DNA of 64,000 nucleotides from NCBI GenBank assembly GCA_965240325.2, contig OZ251222.1:2356001-2420000 (forward strand), written 5' to 3'. The stretch comes from Rebecca billardiae RCC1528. Lineage: Eukaryota; Protista; Haptophyta. Under the pieces are notes generated by a model that saw nothing but the letters and a program-made list of their open reading frames with translations, made no database searches and was not told the DNA's origin. Each line of letters starts with the position of its first letter. Within the stretch, counting starts at the first letter, position 1. Of this stretch, positions 46,532-58,196 are shown one piece after another. The position numbers were made by a program, and so were the translations under genes.

Positions 46532-46675
46532 TCATCTCGGAGTCGCGCGCAGCATGGCGGGCCGCCGGCGGGGTGACTCGGGCTCATGGACCGCCCCGCT
46601 GCCGCTGGCCCGCGCTCGTCCGCGTCCGAGCCGCCGGGCCCGGGGCCCCTGGGGCGGAAAGTCGGCGCGGCCGGA

Positions 46676-46790
46676 TAGAGAGAGAGAGAGAGAGAGAGAC
46701 GAGAGAGAGAGAGAGAGCTGAGAGAGAGATGACTAGAGATCTGAGAGTGACTAACGGACGAGACGGAAACGGAGAGCAGCAAGGAGAGAG

Positions 46791-46825
<35 letters not shown>
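46676..46825. repeat. Interrupted (GA)n microsatellite
   Basis: Seen directly; a shorter GA run lies at about 41545-41575. Confidence 0.85.
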
Positions 46826-46829
<4 letters not shown>

Positions 46830-47095
46830 ATTATTCACGCGGGTCACGTCAGCCTCAGCGCGCTTAATGACCGTCGTCGGTACTTCGGAGCCCTACGGCT
46901 ACGGCGACACCGGGGCCGCCGAACTGCGTCATGTGAGTGATGTCATGTCGTGCGGCCCGCATGTCGCGCCTCGCAGGTGCGCCACTGGAGCAACTGCTCG
47001 TGTCCGTGTCGTGCCAAGAGTACGTCCACGCGTAGGCCGCAATGGTGTACACGTACCACCTGCAACACCTGGGCAGCGGTCCTGTTCATCGCAGC

Positions 47096-47725
47096 TCATA
47101 TGCCCTTGGCTGTCAGCCAGCGCGTCTGTGCCGTGGCAAACTCAAACCACGATAGCACCATGTCGCTGTTGGTGTCAATGTCCTTCAGCTCGTCTGCCGC
47201 CTCGTCCTCCAATGGCGTGACACCGAAGAAAGCACCAACCTATACAGACGCGACCGGCGAGACAGGGAAGTGGCGCGCGTGTCAGACGCGCGCTCGTCGG
47301 CCGGGTGCCCGGTGCACGGGCCGGTGGCGGCAGGCCGCGCCGCGCACCTCCTTGAGCATGGTCCAAAATTCTTGCTTGTTGATGAAGCCGCTCTTATCCC
47401 TGTCGTAGGCGAGGAACACGTCACAGACACGATCCTGAACTTCGACAGGTAGTCGTCGGAACTGGGGTGGAGCGCTGCGCAAGAGTGCAGCGCTTGGCGA
47501 GCCCTGGCGCGCAGACTCCCTGGCGCGGACCGCAAAGTACTCAGCAGACCACTCGGCAACATTTGTCGGTCGCTCTGCCATCACCGCCTTCGTGTAGTCC
47601 TTCAGCACCTGCTGCAGATCGCGATGAAGAGGGATGCGCTCGCCGTCATACAGCATGTCATCGGTCGGCGGGAGCAATGGGTGCTCCTTGCCGCGATGGT
47701 CGACGAACGTCTGGTCTGGCTCCAT
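47096..47725 (-). CDS. RIIa dimerization/docking domain + two EF-hands (ropporin / radial-spoke-like); exons 47725-47348 and 47239-47096
   Basis: LQQVLKDYTKAVMAERPTNVAEWSAEYF (RIIa D/D), EF loop DRDKSGFINKQE; a phase-0 108-bp GT-AG intron restores a second EF loop DTNSDMVLSWFE and a TGA stop. Confidence 0.85.
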
Positions 47726-47855
47726 GCTGCTCGAGAAAAACGACTAGCTTGTCGACGACGAAACAGTCGCGCGCGCGCGATTTTGCCTCGCGTCCTTTTT
47801 CCGCCGGCCAAAAATGAAAAATCGACGACGAGCCTCCTTCCGCGGGCGCAGGCTG

Positions 47856-48907
47856 AGGCCGCTCGAGCGACTTCGTGTCTGGCGAGGCAGATCGCGCCAG
47901 TGCGTGGCGAGGCAGACGCTCGCCTGCCTCGCCGCTTGGCGAGGCAGCTAAGCTAGTAAAGCCGCGGCCGAACTTTACGAAAGCCAAATGTCTGCCGGTG
48001 CGCCGCCCGTCTTTTGCGCACGGTGACAAGGGCGCGCGAGGGCGCTTCCTCACGATCCCGAAGAGCGCTGCGCGCGGCGTCGCGTTGGCGGCGGCAGCGG
48101 CGCTGGGGTGTATCTTGCCCATTCTGCGTGGCGGCGCGCTCTCATGACGCCTCGGCCGCCGCCACGCCATGCGCGACCGGGCGTGTCGCCTTCTTGACGG
48201 GCAGTGCACACGCCCTTGCAACCGCACAGCCGTGAAGAGCCGAGAGCGTCCGTCGCGAGCACGCCGCCCACGCGGGATGCGTTGCCAGGGCTATTCGTAT
48301 GACACTGGGTGCTCGCGCTCTGGCATGTGCGAGCCAGGATGACCATGGGTAGCAGCTACGATGAGCACTGCTAACCTGCATTTCAGCCGATGACATCCTC
48401 TCGTTCAGCGATCTTGACTGCTCTGAACGCATGGCGAACTCGGCGAAGCGCATGCGCAAGGTGGCTTCGGTGACAGCATAACGCATCCCGCGTGGGCGGC
48501 GTGCTCGCGACGGACGCTCTCGGCTCTTCACGGCTGTGCGCTTGCAAGGGCGTGTGCACTGCCCGTCAAGAAGGCGACACGCCCGGTCGCGCATGGCGTG
48601 GCGGCGGCCGAGGCGTCATGAGAGCGCGCCGCCACGCAGAATGGGCAAGATACACCCCAGCGCCGCTGCCGCCGCCAACGCGACGCCGCGCGCAGCGCTC
48701 TTCGGGATCGTGAGGAAGCGCCCTCGCGCGCCCTTGTCACCGTGCGCAAAAGACGGGCGGCGCACCGGCAGACATTTGGCTTTCGTAAAGTTCGGCCGCG
48801 GCTTTACTAGCTTAGCTGCCTCGCCAAGCGGCGAGGCAGGCGAGCGTCTGCCTCGCCACGCACTGGCGCGATCTGCCTCGCCAGACACGAAGTCGCTCGA
48901 GCGGCCT
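47856..48907. mobile_element. Foldback-type non-autonomous element: ~428-bp TIRs, 196-bp spacer, 7-bp TSD
   Basis: Arms 47856-48283 and 48480-48907 are near-perfect inverted repeats; direct repeat CAGGCTG at 47849-47855 and 48908-48914. Confidence 0.85.
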
Positions 48908-49120
48908 CAGGCTGGCGGGCTGGTGGGCGTGCGCACCCAAGGGTGGTCGCGCACCCGTGCCGACCGCGAACGTGCCGAGTTGTAGAGTGGCCGAGTTAGC
49001 CCCCCGGACCGGACTCTCGCTCCTGCCAGCAGCACGCTCTTTCGTCAGCGGAGGCGCTCCAGAGTCAGGGCCTCCAGCAAGGGGGGCGACGCCACACCAG
49101 CGGCACAGTAGGGGGCGAAG

Positions 49121-50146
49121 ATGCCACTCAATCGCCCCCACTTTACGATAGACCCGCCGTCGGTGCAGATGCCTCCGACGCTGGAGAAGGAAGACTCTTT
49201 CGACCTCACAGAGACCGGCACCTTCACGAAGGAGTCGCTCACGTTGCACGGCCGTAGCGGGCTTGAGGGGCGCACGGAATTCAACCTCGACGACCTCGAG
49301 GTGCAGCGCACGCTCGGCGCGGGTGCGAGCAGCACGGTGAGGTTGGTGAAGGATAAAAACTCCGAAACCACCATGGCGCTCAAGGAGCTCAACGTCATGT
49401 GCGACGCGGACACGATGCACATGACGATGAATGAGATCCAGATTCTGCACAAGGCCCACTCCGACCACCTCGTGAGGTTCATCGATGCGTTCTTCGACAA
49501 CGGCCGCATCTACCTTGCGCTCGAGTTCTGCGACGCGGGCTCCCTCGACGACGTCATCAAGCTCACACCCAAGGACGCCTCGCCGCGCATACCCGAGAAT
49601 CAGATGTCCGAGATCGTTTGCCAGTCGCTCGAGGGGCTCGCGTACTTGCACCAGGAGCAGAAGCAGGTGCACCGCGACCTCAAGCCGGCGAACGTGATGC
49701 TGACGAAGCGCGGGGAGGTGAAGCTCGGCGACTTCGGCATCAGCAAGCAGCTGGACAACACCCTCGCCCTCGCCGTCACGCAGTGCGGCACGACGGCGTA
49801 CATGTCACCCGAGCGGATCAAGGGTGCCAACTACGGGTACGACGCCGACATCTGGGCGATGGGCCTGATCATCCTCGAGATGGTCTCGGGCGAGTACCCG
49901 TACCCGCAGGCGCGCAACTTCATGCAGATGGTCATGCGCATCTGTGAGGGGCCCGTGCCCACCGTGGAGGCTGGCCTGGTCTCGAGCGCGTGTGAGGAGT
50001 TTGTGGCGACGTGCCTCGCAAAGGAACCGAGAGACAGGCCGGCCGCGAGCAAGCTCATGACGCACGAGTGGCTCATCTCGCGTCCTTCGTCCCCGGAGAC
50101 GCTCGCGGAATACCTGGAGGGGCTTCACAAGAAAAAGGACGAGTGA
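49121..50146 (+). CDS. MAP kinase kinase (STE7/MAP2K family)
   Basis: LGAGASSTV, ALKEL, HRDLKPAN, DFG and GTTAYMSPERI; activation loop T-x5-T (TLALAVT) as in plant-type MAP2Ks. Confidence 0.92.
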   Translation: MPLNRPHFTIDPPSVQMPPTLEKEDSFDLTETGTFTKESLTLHGRSGLEGRTEFNLDDLEVQRTLGAGASSTVRLVKDKNSETTMALKELNVMCDADTMHMTMNEIQILHKAHSDHLVRFIDAFFDNGRIYLALEFCDAGSLDDVIKLTPKDASPRIPENQMSEIVCQSLEGLAYLHQEQKQVHRDLKPANVMLTKRGEVKLGDFGISKQLDNTLALAVTQCGTTAYMSPERIKGANYGYDADIWAMGLIILEMVSGEYPYPQARNFMQMVMRICEGPVPTVEAGLVSSACEEFVATCLAKEPRDRPAASKLMTHEWLISRPSSPETLAEYLEGLHKKKDE

Positions 50147-51397
50147 TCGGCCGCTGGCCCACTGCGGTGTCGGGCCCTTGCCCGCCGATCCGCATACGTG
50201 CCGCGCGATGCCTGCGTGCAAGTCGACTGATGATGCACACTTGCAGCGCGGCCCGTGACCCTGGCGGCGCGGCACGCGGGTTGGCCGACCGCTTTGAGCT
50301 CATGTGGGTACGACTGCGTGTGGGACGCCAACGCGTTCGCGACCACAGACTGCCCGTCGACGAACGCCGTGTTCTTCTGATCGCGGCCGTGGCGAGTTGG
50401 CGTGACGCATGGCCGCTGATTCGCGGTCCGACCCCTTCGGGCCGCTCAGTGGCTCAGTCATTCGTAGGCCAGGCTGCAGGCCCCGCGACCCGCGTCAAAG
50501 TTCTGTTCTACACCGTATTATTAGATCGAGTTACAGTTCATCATCACTAAGCTATATATATGATATATATATTATTACTAAGAATTCAGAAAGTCAACTG
50601 AGCGGGCTGTCGGCGCACCGGGCCCGCCCGCGGCCCGTAGGCCGTAAGCTACTGTACCCACGACCCGCCTGCGGTACCGGGAGTACCGTTACCGCGCGTA
50701 GTACTAAGTAAGCTAGCTACGCCATGCAGCACTAACACTCACTAACAGTCTGCATGTCCGCACTTCCGATTCAGAAGTCCCGGCGGATGAGTTGGAGCTC
50801 CGAGGGCTGCTCCGAGAAGGCTCAGATGTATCATTATCATACAGAAGGCAGGTTACCCGGCTCGGATTATTGTCGATTGCACCTGTCAATAATTTAAGCT
50901 AGACACATATATATATATATTAAAATATTTACATTGCAGCCTGACCGCGCCGCGAATCTGACTGACGGACTGCGCAAGTTACAAACAAAGGCAAAGTGAG
51001 ACTCCGGTGCCACCGACCGCTCAGCATCATCCGGGTCGGCGCGGCGGCGGGGCACTTACTTGGGCAGTTGCACCAACCATGACGCATCCCGACTCACTGT
51101 TACGACCACTCGTCTAATCGGAGCCAGCGCCGCCCGGCGTCGGGCCCGGGCCGCCCATGAATCCATGATTCAGATTCGCTCTACCGCCATAGTAATATCA
51201 GGCTCAGTTATCAGTATCACGCGGGTCGCCGTTCAGCCCGCGTGTGCGCTGCCATGCCGCATGCGCCGTCTAAACGTCCGGGTCACGTCGTCCGATAATT
51301 AAGTAATATGCGCTACTGCTCCGTCGCGGTCTCGGCGGGAGTGTCTGACTCTGAAGACGTAGCAGGCTTAGCCGACTCAATGATGACTGTCTGATTA

Positions 51398-51502
<105 letters not shown>

Positions 51503-52162
51503 TGACTGACCCGCGCCCGCCATATATATTTCAATGAATATTACGATTGATTTTTACACCGTACTCATTATCTATATGATTTAACGACACAGGTAGGACG
51601 AACTGTTATAGGCTTAAGCTTATTAGCATATATATATTGTATTTGCTGAGCGCACCGCAGTTATAATTAATTCGCGGTACCGGTCTGACGCGTGACCGTA
51701 CGCGGCTGGCACGCCGCCTGCCGACACAGCGACACTTACTTATTACTTACTACTGTAGTCTGTGAGTCTGACAGGCCGTTACATTGTACAGCCGTATTAC
51801 AGTAGTAAGCCAAAGAAACGGGTCGCCAGTATCATACATTTACCGTATTAGATGTATTCCGCAGACCGTTACTAGTGACCGGCCACTTAGTGCCTCACTG
51901 CCCGGTCAGCCGCATTGGCGTGGCCGTGAGGCGGCTGTGGCGTCAGCCGTCACGGCACTCACAGCCGTCAGCCCTTCACAGCGGGCCAAGCTTGGAGAGC
52001 TGCCGCTGCTGGCCAATACCCGGGCAGAGCGCAGCAGGCGGGCCAGATGTCGGGACGCATTTCTCCGCACGACCTCACCTTGTGCGAAACTGTCGCATCG
52101 GGTGAAGACCCTGACCCCAAGAAATGAACGGCTGGGATACCAGGGTTTGCGACGAGGAATGC

Positions 52163-52639
52163 CTACTCGTCCTCCTCCTTGACGTAGTAAAAGAACTGCG
52201 CCATGGGTGCGGCGACAGAGATGACGAGGAGCCCAACCACCACCGTGGAGTACTTGAACTTGCCGCCCTCCGTGACCTCCTTCTTCTTGTACGTGCCCTC
52301 GACCTGCTTCTCGTACTCCGTCACCTGCGGCTTGGCTGAGCGCTCCTCCAGGTATTTGCGCTGCTCGGGCCGAAGTTCCTCCTCATCAACTTTGAATTCG
52401 CTCGAGATGGCCGCGACGGACGTCGAGGGCAGCGAGATGTCAGCAGGCGCAGCAATGGCTGGCGCGCTCGCCGCGAGCCCGGCCGCAACGATCGCGCTGG
52501 CAAGGACCTTACGCGGCCCATCCATGCCGAGCGTCATAAGAGGCTGCGCGCGAGCCACAGGCGCGGTCACCGCCGGCATGAATGCCGAGCCACTGCGCAC
52601 CATCGCAGCGGGCGCGACAAGGAGCAGCGCGCAGAGCAT
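52163..52639 (-). CDS. Unknown plastid (likely thylakoid membrane) protein
   Basis: Signal peptide ending SAF, transit-like region, hydrophobic AxA lumen-type signal (AIVAAGLAASAPAIA), charged domain and a C-terminal TM helix. Confidence 0.75.
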   Translation of the reverse strand: MLCALLLVAPAAMVRSGSAFMPAVTAPVARAQPLMTLGMDGPRKVLASAIVAAGLAASAPAIAAPADISLPSTSVAAISSEFKVDEEELRPEQRKYLEERSAKPQVTEYEKQVEGTYKKKEVTEGGKFKYSTVVVGLLVISVAAPMAQFFYYVKEEDE

Positions 52640-52820
52640 GATGACGATGTGCTTCGCAGTCGTTCGGCTTGGTCGTCGGCCGAGACAGTGGTGAGGTCGC
52701 TCGAGAGCTCCTCGGCGGCGAAATAATAAAATACGTCCACAGCCGGACTGGCAGCCGGACAAGGGAGTCGCAGGTGTGCAACACGAGTACACACTCGAGA
52801 ACTTTGCACGCCGGGCCACG

Positions 52821-53339
52821 ATGTCGACGATGATTGCGCAGGCGCTCGTTGCGGGCGCTCTCGCCCTGCACTCACCATCGCCGCGGTCGCGCGTGCGCGG
52901 AGGAGATCTGGGCGGCATTCGACCGTCGCCAGTGAGCACCCGGCCACCGGCCGTACACGATGCTGTCGGTGCACTGCCGCTGAACACAGTTGCGAGCGCC
53001 ATGCTTATGACGCCACTTGCTGCTGTTGCGTCGGATGGGGCGGCGGAGCAGGCAGCCCTGGCCAAGGCAATCCTCGATCCAACTCTGACCCTCTTCACCG
53101 GTCTGTTTCTCGTTCGCATTGTGCTGAGCTGGTATCCCCAGCTGTTGAACAGGATGCCCTTCAAGGCGCTTGCGCTCCCGGTCGAGCCCTTCCTTCGCCT
53201 CCTTCGCGGCGTTGTTGAGCCTATTGGCGGCGCGGATATCACCCCGATCATCTGGCTGGCGACGTGCTCGTTCTTCCGTGAGATCCTACTCGGACCCCAG
53301 GGTATCCTCACGCTCATCGCAACGCAGAGGATGGCGTGA
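52821..53339 (+). CDS. CCB3: YGGT-family plastid protein, cytochrome b6 heme ci assembly factor CCB3-like
   Basis: LFLVRIVLSWYP, EPFLRLLRGVVEPIGGADITPIIW and REILLGPQGIL; N-terminal targeting peptide. Confidence 0.82.
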   Translation: MSTMIAQALVAGALALHSPSPRSRVRGGDLGGIRPSPVSTRPPAVHDAVGALPLNTVASAMLMTPLAAVASDGAAEQAALAKAILDPTLTLFTGLFLVRIVLSWYPQLLNRMPFKALALPVEPFLRLLRGVVEPIGGADITPIIWLATCSFFREILLGPQGILTLIATQRMA

Positions 53340-53702
53340 ACGGAGACATCAAACACTTGCAGGACAAATCCTTTGATGTCTCTGACTCTGTAAGCTACAC
53401 GCCGCGCAGACACGCCATCCTTTAACAGGGCACGGTACAGACTTGTCAATGGTGCGTAGCCTGATGAGTGCGGAGGCCGGGTGCGTGTACGTATATTCAG
53501 CTGCTCTGCGCACTCACTCAGCGCGGGCCACAATTGACAGGGCCGCTCGCGGCTCGGGCACCGTTCTGATGACTGATCAACGTGCGGTTCAACGTGCCCG
53601 CTGCAATATTATTCGATTAATCGACAATATATTATAAACTGTACTTTTAAAAACACGACGACACTGCTAGACAGCTAGTGATGCGAGACGCGCCTGTTGA
53701 AA

Positions 53703-54681
53703 TCATGGCGGCTTGGCAGCCCCGCTAGCCCGTCGCGCTGGACGCAAGTTCAGGTGCAGCCTGAGACGATCGCGGAGCTCCTGTGCGCGTCCATCGGTGG
53801 GCAGGCCGCAGCGATCGAGCTCCCATTTCAGTTGTGCGACTCGGAGCCGGTTGATCTCGGTAGCTGTCAGCGCAGAGGAGTCGAGCTCCGTGTCTTGCGA
53901 ATCCAAGGCCAACGCCACGCCCGTGGGGGAGGCCTCGGGCGTAGGATCTGCAGGGGAGTCAGCGGCGAGTGTGTCAGCGGTGGGGTTTGGAAGTGTGCGC
54001 CTCCGCTCGAAGCTCTTCTGCCTGTCCATGGCCTCGTTGGCGAGCCTGTCCGCCACGCTATTATCTTCGCGCATGACGTGCTGGAACTCGAAACGGCCGG
54101 CGAAGGCCTTGCGCGCAATGGAAAGAACCTTCGCATGCACGTCCTTCAGGTTCTCGGCGCGCACCTGGTACATGCCGTTGAGCTGCCGCACGACGAGCTG
54201 GCTGTCACCCTTGAAGACGACACGATCTACGCTAAGTGTGCTGCGCAGCTTGGCGGCGGTCATCACAGCAGCCAATGCGCCGTTGTACTCAGCCTCGTTG
54301 TTCGTCTGAGACCCGAGGTACACGCCAAGCTGACGGATCCAAGCCCCTGTGGCCTGGTCGATGACCACAACACCGCAGCCGGCAGGACCGGGATTGCCGC
54401 GAGACCCGCCATCAAAGTAAACTTGGAGCTGCGTGAGCCTGAGTGCGTCGTGCGCGGCGCGGGATGGAGGGAGTGAGCATGCGGGTCAGCACCTGGATTC
54501 GTACACTGGCGGGCGGCCAATCTGCCGACTGTGCTCGCCTGGAACAGGGGCCGAGCACGGCGCAGCGTGCATCCGGTCACCTGACATTGGCTCGAATGCA
54601 ATGCCTCGTCGCGGGACCGCCGAGAAGGCGGCAGGCGACGCGCGCGCCGCAAGCAGTCGTGTATCCGACGGATGGGATCAT
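53703..54681 (-). CDS. RNase HI-like protein with C-terminal SAP domain (5' exons inferred)
   Basis: YFDGGSRGNPGPAG (54420-54379), TNNEAEY, GDSQLV, HVMREDNSVADRLAN; SAP-like LRVAQLKWELDRCGLPTDGRAQELRDRL. An in-frame stop upstream requires short introns, so the start at 54681 is tentative. Confidence 0.85.
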
Positions 54682-54920
54682 CGCACACGCCCATGCGCCG
54701 AGGACGACGGGGAGCATCCGTCAGCAGTGCACCGATCAGGAGGACGGCACGAACGGCGCAGCAGCCATCGAATTCGTCGCTGGCGATGTCCCTTCGGCCG
54801 GCGAGTGGTGGCATCACGTCGCCACACGTCCCGACCGTGAGCGCTCGTGTCCCCGCGAGCGCGGCACCGCGAAGAAGAGCGCACGCCGAAGCGTCTAGCG
54901 CGAGGGTGCGCTGCGCGGCG

Positions 54921-56509
54921 ATGGCCGACGAGCACTGGCGCTTCGCCCAGCAGCTTGCATCCAATGGTGTGTACGCGCGTCGGCGGGATGCACGCGCGTG
55001 CGTGTGCGGCGCGCGGCGCGCAACGCACGAAGCTGATGAAGTCGCGCGTCGCGCTTGACTCACCGGCTCCGCTCTCCAGACAAGAAGACGCGCGACAAGG
55101 CGATCAAGGTACTCAGTGGCTACCTCTCGCTCCGCGCCGACCCCTCCGAGCTCGATCTGCTCAAGATCTGGAAGGCCCTCTTCTTTTGCATGTGGCACTC
55201 GGACAAGCCCCTCGTGCAGCACGAGCTTGCACAGACGGTCGCGCGCTTGGTGCACGCGATGCCGACGGAGGAGAGCGCGCGGCTTTTCCTGCAGACATTC
55301 TGGCACACCATGTCGCGCGAATGGCACTCCATCGACCACCACCGCCTCAACAAGTTCCTCACGCTCGTGCGCCGCGTGCTCCGAGAGACTTTTGTGCACC
55401 TGCGGACAGGCGGCTGGGATGGCGACGTGGTCGAGGCGACCGTGCTCATGATCGCGGAGGGTCCATTGAGCCCACACGTGCACGCGTCGCAGGTAGGGAT
55501 CCGCACGCACGTCTGCGACGTGTACCTGGACGAGCTCTGCGCGGTCGGCTGGCCGAGCACCGCCGTCCTGCACACACTGCTGCAGCCGTGCCTCACGCTG
55601 CTGCAGCGCTCCAAGCAGCGCGTCGTCGCTGAGCGCGTGGCGGATGCGGTCTTCTCGCGCTTGCTCGAGTGGGACGGGGGAGGCGGCCACGCGGCGAACG
55701 GCGGCGCCGAGGACGAGGGCGAGGGCGAGGACGAGGACGAGGGCGAGGGCGAGGACGAGGACGACGACGAGGGCGAGGACGCCGAGCGACACCCTCCGCC
55801 CTTCGACGCGGCCGAGCTCGCGCGCGCACTCCTCGCGCTCGCGTCGGACTCGACAACGGCTGAGCTGAACCGCCAACTGGCGTACGATCTGCACGGCCGC
55901 TTCGAGGCGCTCGGCACCGGCGGTGCGCGCGCCGGGCGACAGATGGCGGCGCGCGCCGACGAGGGCGCCCGCCGCGCAGCCCCTCGCGAGGGGTCCGCCC
56001 CGGGGCTGGCCTCGCTGCAACGCACACTCGATGACCTGCTCAAGCCAGCTGCGCGCCGTCGGCCTGAGATGGCCAAGAAGCGCCCTCGCGGCGGCGGCGA
56101 CGCGGGCGAGGCCGTGACGCCGGAGGCAGCTCTGCGGCTCGTCAAGCATCGGCGCAACGAGTCACCCGCGAGCGCACCGGCACATCTTCCCAGCCGAAAG
56201 GCTGCCGCTGCGGCTGCCAAGCGCGCTGAGCTTGAGCCAACCAATCGGGACGACGCGGACCGCGTGGGCGCGGAGCGCGCGACGCCGACGAGCACGCCGC
56301 GCCAGGAGCGGCGGCCCAGAGTGACGTGGTCGCCGAAGGACGAGGTGCGCACCTACGTGAAGGACCGCTCGCGCAGCAGCCCCGGCATGGCCCAGCGCGC
56401 TTTCGCCCTGCGGGCATTTTCGCCTCCTCCGCGCGGACGGCGCAAGTCCTTGTCGCCACGTGGCGGCAAGAAGGCGAATCGGCAGCATCAGGGCCGGCGC
56501 CGTCCCTGA
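54921..56509 (+). CDS. RRP1: RRP1/Nop52 nucleolar rRNA-processing protein; exons 54921-54966 and 55080-56509
   Basis: A 113-bp GT-AG intron joins FAQQLASN|DKKTRDKA; LLKIWKALFFCMWHSDKPLVQHEL and REWHSIDHHRLNKF; acidic tract; RVTW motif near the C-terminus. Confidence 0.92.
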
Positions 56510-56992
56510 CTCCGGGACCGGTGTGCCCCGACTCCGGCGACTCCCGAGCCTGCCCAAGGGACCGGGTGGGGTGCCAGCGATCATCAATGAGGCGAATTGC
56601 CCGGACAGCTAGGCCGTCCGGCCCGGACCGGGTCGCCGGCGCCCGTCACCGCCGGACAACGCAGCTCTTCAGTCTTCGCCTTCGAGTTCGACGGTGACGG
56701 GTGTCGCCTCACCCGACACTGTCGGGTGACCGGTGAGTCACCGCCTGTCAGCGTCACCGGTCAGGCTTCTGGTCACGGCCCGACGCCAACGGCGGCCCGT
56801 CTGCCGTCACCGACTGACCAGCGTCGGTGTGTTCCGTAGTCAGGAATCACAATATCTCGTCGTCATAAACTGTACCCTGGTAGGCAGCGCGGCTGGACAC
56901 ACCGCCGGACCGTCTCAGACAGCTAGTCGTCGTCTGAGGCACCGGCAACTCGCGAGGAACTCGCGAGATTCCGGCTAGTATGCCATGCTCCC

Positions 56993-57940
56993 TCAGACGT
57001 GCGAGAGGCCGTGCGTGGTGGGCAGATTCCAATTCATCCCGTCGCCGTTCGCCGTCTTCAGCCGCGGGAGTGTCCACGCGAGGCTGCACGGCGGCGCTAG
57101 GAGCACCTCCTCCACGTTGTTCTTGAGGCCGCGGTTGAACGGGTTGGTCCACGGCTGGCCGAGCCGGCGCGCGTCGCGCCGGTCTGCGGCGTTGATGTAG
57201 AACTCGAGTGTCGTCTGCCCGGTGCACGTGAGGAAGAGGTGCCACAGCGCGAAGAAGCTCAGCGCAAGCATCGCCGAGAAGGCGAGGATGAGCTGAAAGA
57301 AGGCGGGGGTGCCGGGGCGTGCAGGCAGCGCCGTGAACGAGAAGAGGCCGATGCGGCGGCGGCGGTGCAGCGTGTGCAGCTCCGGGCCGAGGAGGCGCGG
57401 GATCATCGCGGTGGAGAGCACGAACGCGCAGCCGACGAGGAGGTAAAATATGAACAGCAGAAAGTGTCGGTAGTTGTTATACCCCACGCAGTTGTTCACC
57501 CACGGGCAGTGGTGGTCCATCTTCAGCACACAACGCCGGCACACGCTGCAGTGGTGCGAGCGCGGCGGCTTGGGCGCGCGGCAGCGCGAGCACCAGCGCC
57601 AGATGTGGTCACTGCGCGCGTCCTGGGGCTGGCGGCCTTCGGGCATGGGCGTGTCCTTCGGCGGCCACCCGGGCGAGATGTAAGCGCAGCGCAGATAGTT
57701 GAAGAGGAGGTTGAGCAGGATCCACAAACCGACCGCCAGGTTGGCGAGCGCGCCGGTGGTGCCAGTGTACGGGAGCACGTACTCGGGGAGCATCACGGTC
57801 AAGTACATGTACACGTTGAAGCTGATGAGCCCCAGCAGCACGAGAACGAACACTGGCCCGACGATCCGCATGAACCCCCCGACGCACTTGTCGAGGAACA
57901 TGACGGTGCTGAAAATGCAGCGCTCGAGCTTGCGCAGCAT
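56993..57940 (-). CDS. DHHC-type protein S-palmitoyltransferase
   Basis: CSRCRAPKPPRSHHCSVCRRCVLKMDHHCPWVNNCVG, TTLE, NPFNRG; four TM segments. Confidence 0.95.
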   Translation of the reverse strand: MLRKLERCIFSTVMFLDKCVGGFMRIVGPVFVLVLLGLISFNVYMYLTVMLPEYVLPYTGTTGALANLAVGLWILLNLLFNYLRCAYISPGWPPKDTPMPEGRQPQDARSDHIWRWCSRCRAPKPPRSHHCSVCRRCVLKMDHHCPWVNNCVGYNNYRHFLLFIFYLLVGCAFVLSTAMIPRLLGPELHTLHRRRRIGLFSFTALPARPGTPAFFQLILAFSAMLALSFFALWHLFLTCTGQTTLEFYINAADRRDARRLGQPWTNPFNRGLKNNVEEVLLAPPCSLAWTLPRLKTANGDGMNWNLPTTHGLSHV

Positions 57941-58196
57941 TGCCGGGCTTGGTCTACAGGCACGCGCGGCGCGCGCGCATGCGAGGACCAGCCGCCCAGG
58001 AATCGACTTTCGCCGGCGCCCCTCCCCGTCCATGACTGCGGCCACGATGCGCGAGCGCAGGGCCCTCAGCGCGTGTGCAAGGCGGCGCGGGCCCAACGCC
58101 AGCGACTCCCGCGTGTCAGGCTTGCAGCCGGACCGAATTCAAGAATCACCGGACGGTTTGACCACGCCGATGGCAGGGCAGTCACTACAAAAAATC

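Noticed and set aside
48284-48479. C/D-box snoRNA in the foldback spacer
   Set aside because: GATGA and CTGA are present, but there is no canonical RTGATGA box with a terminal stem; an intron-acceptor reading fits as well.
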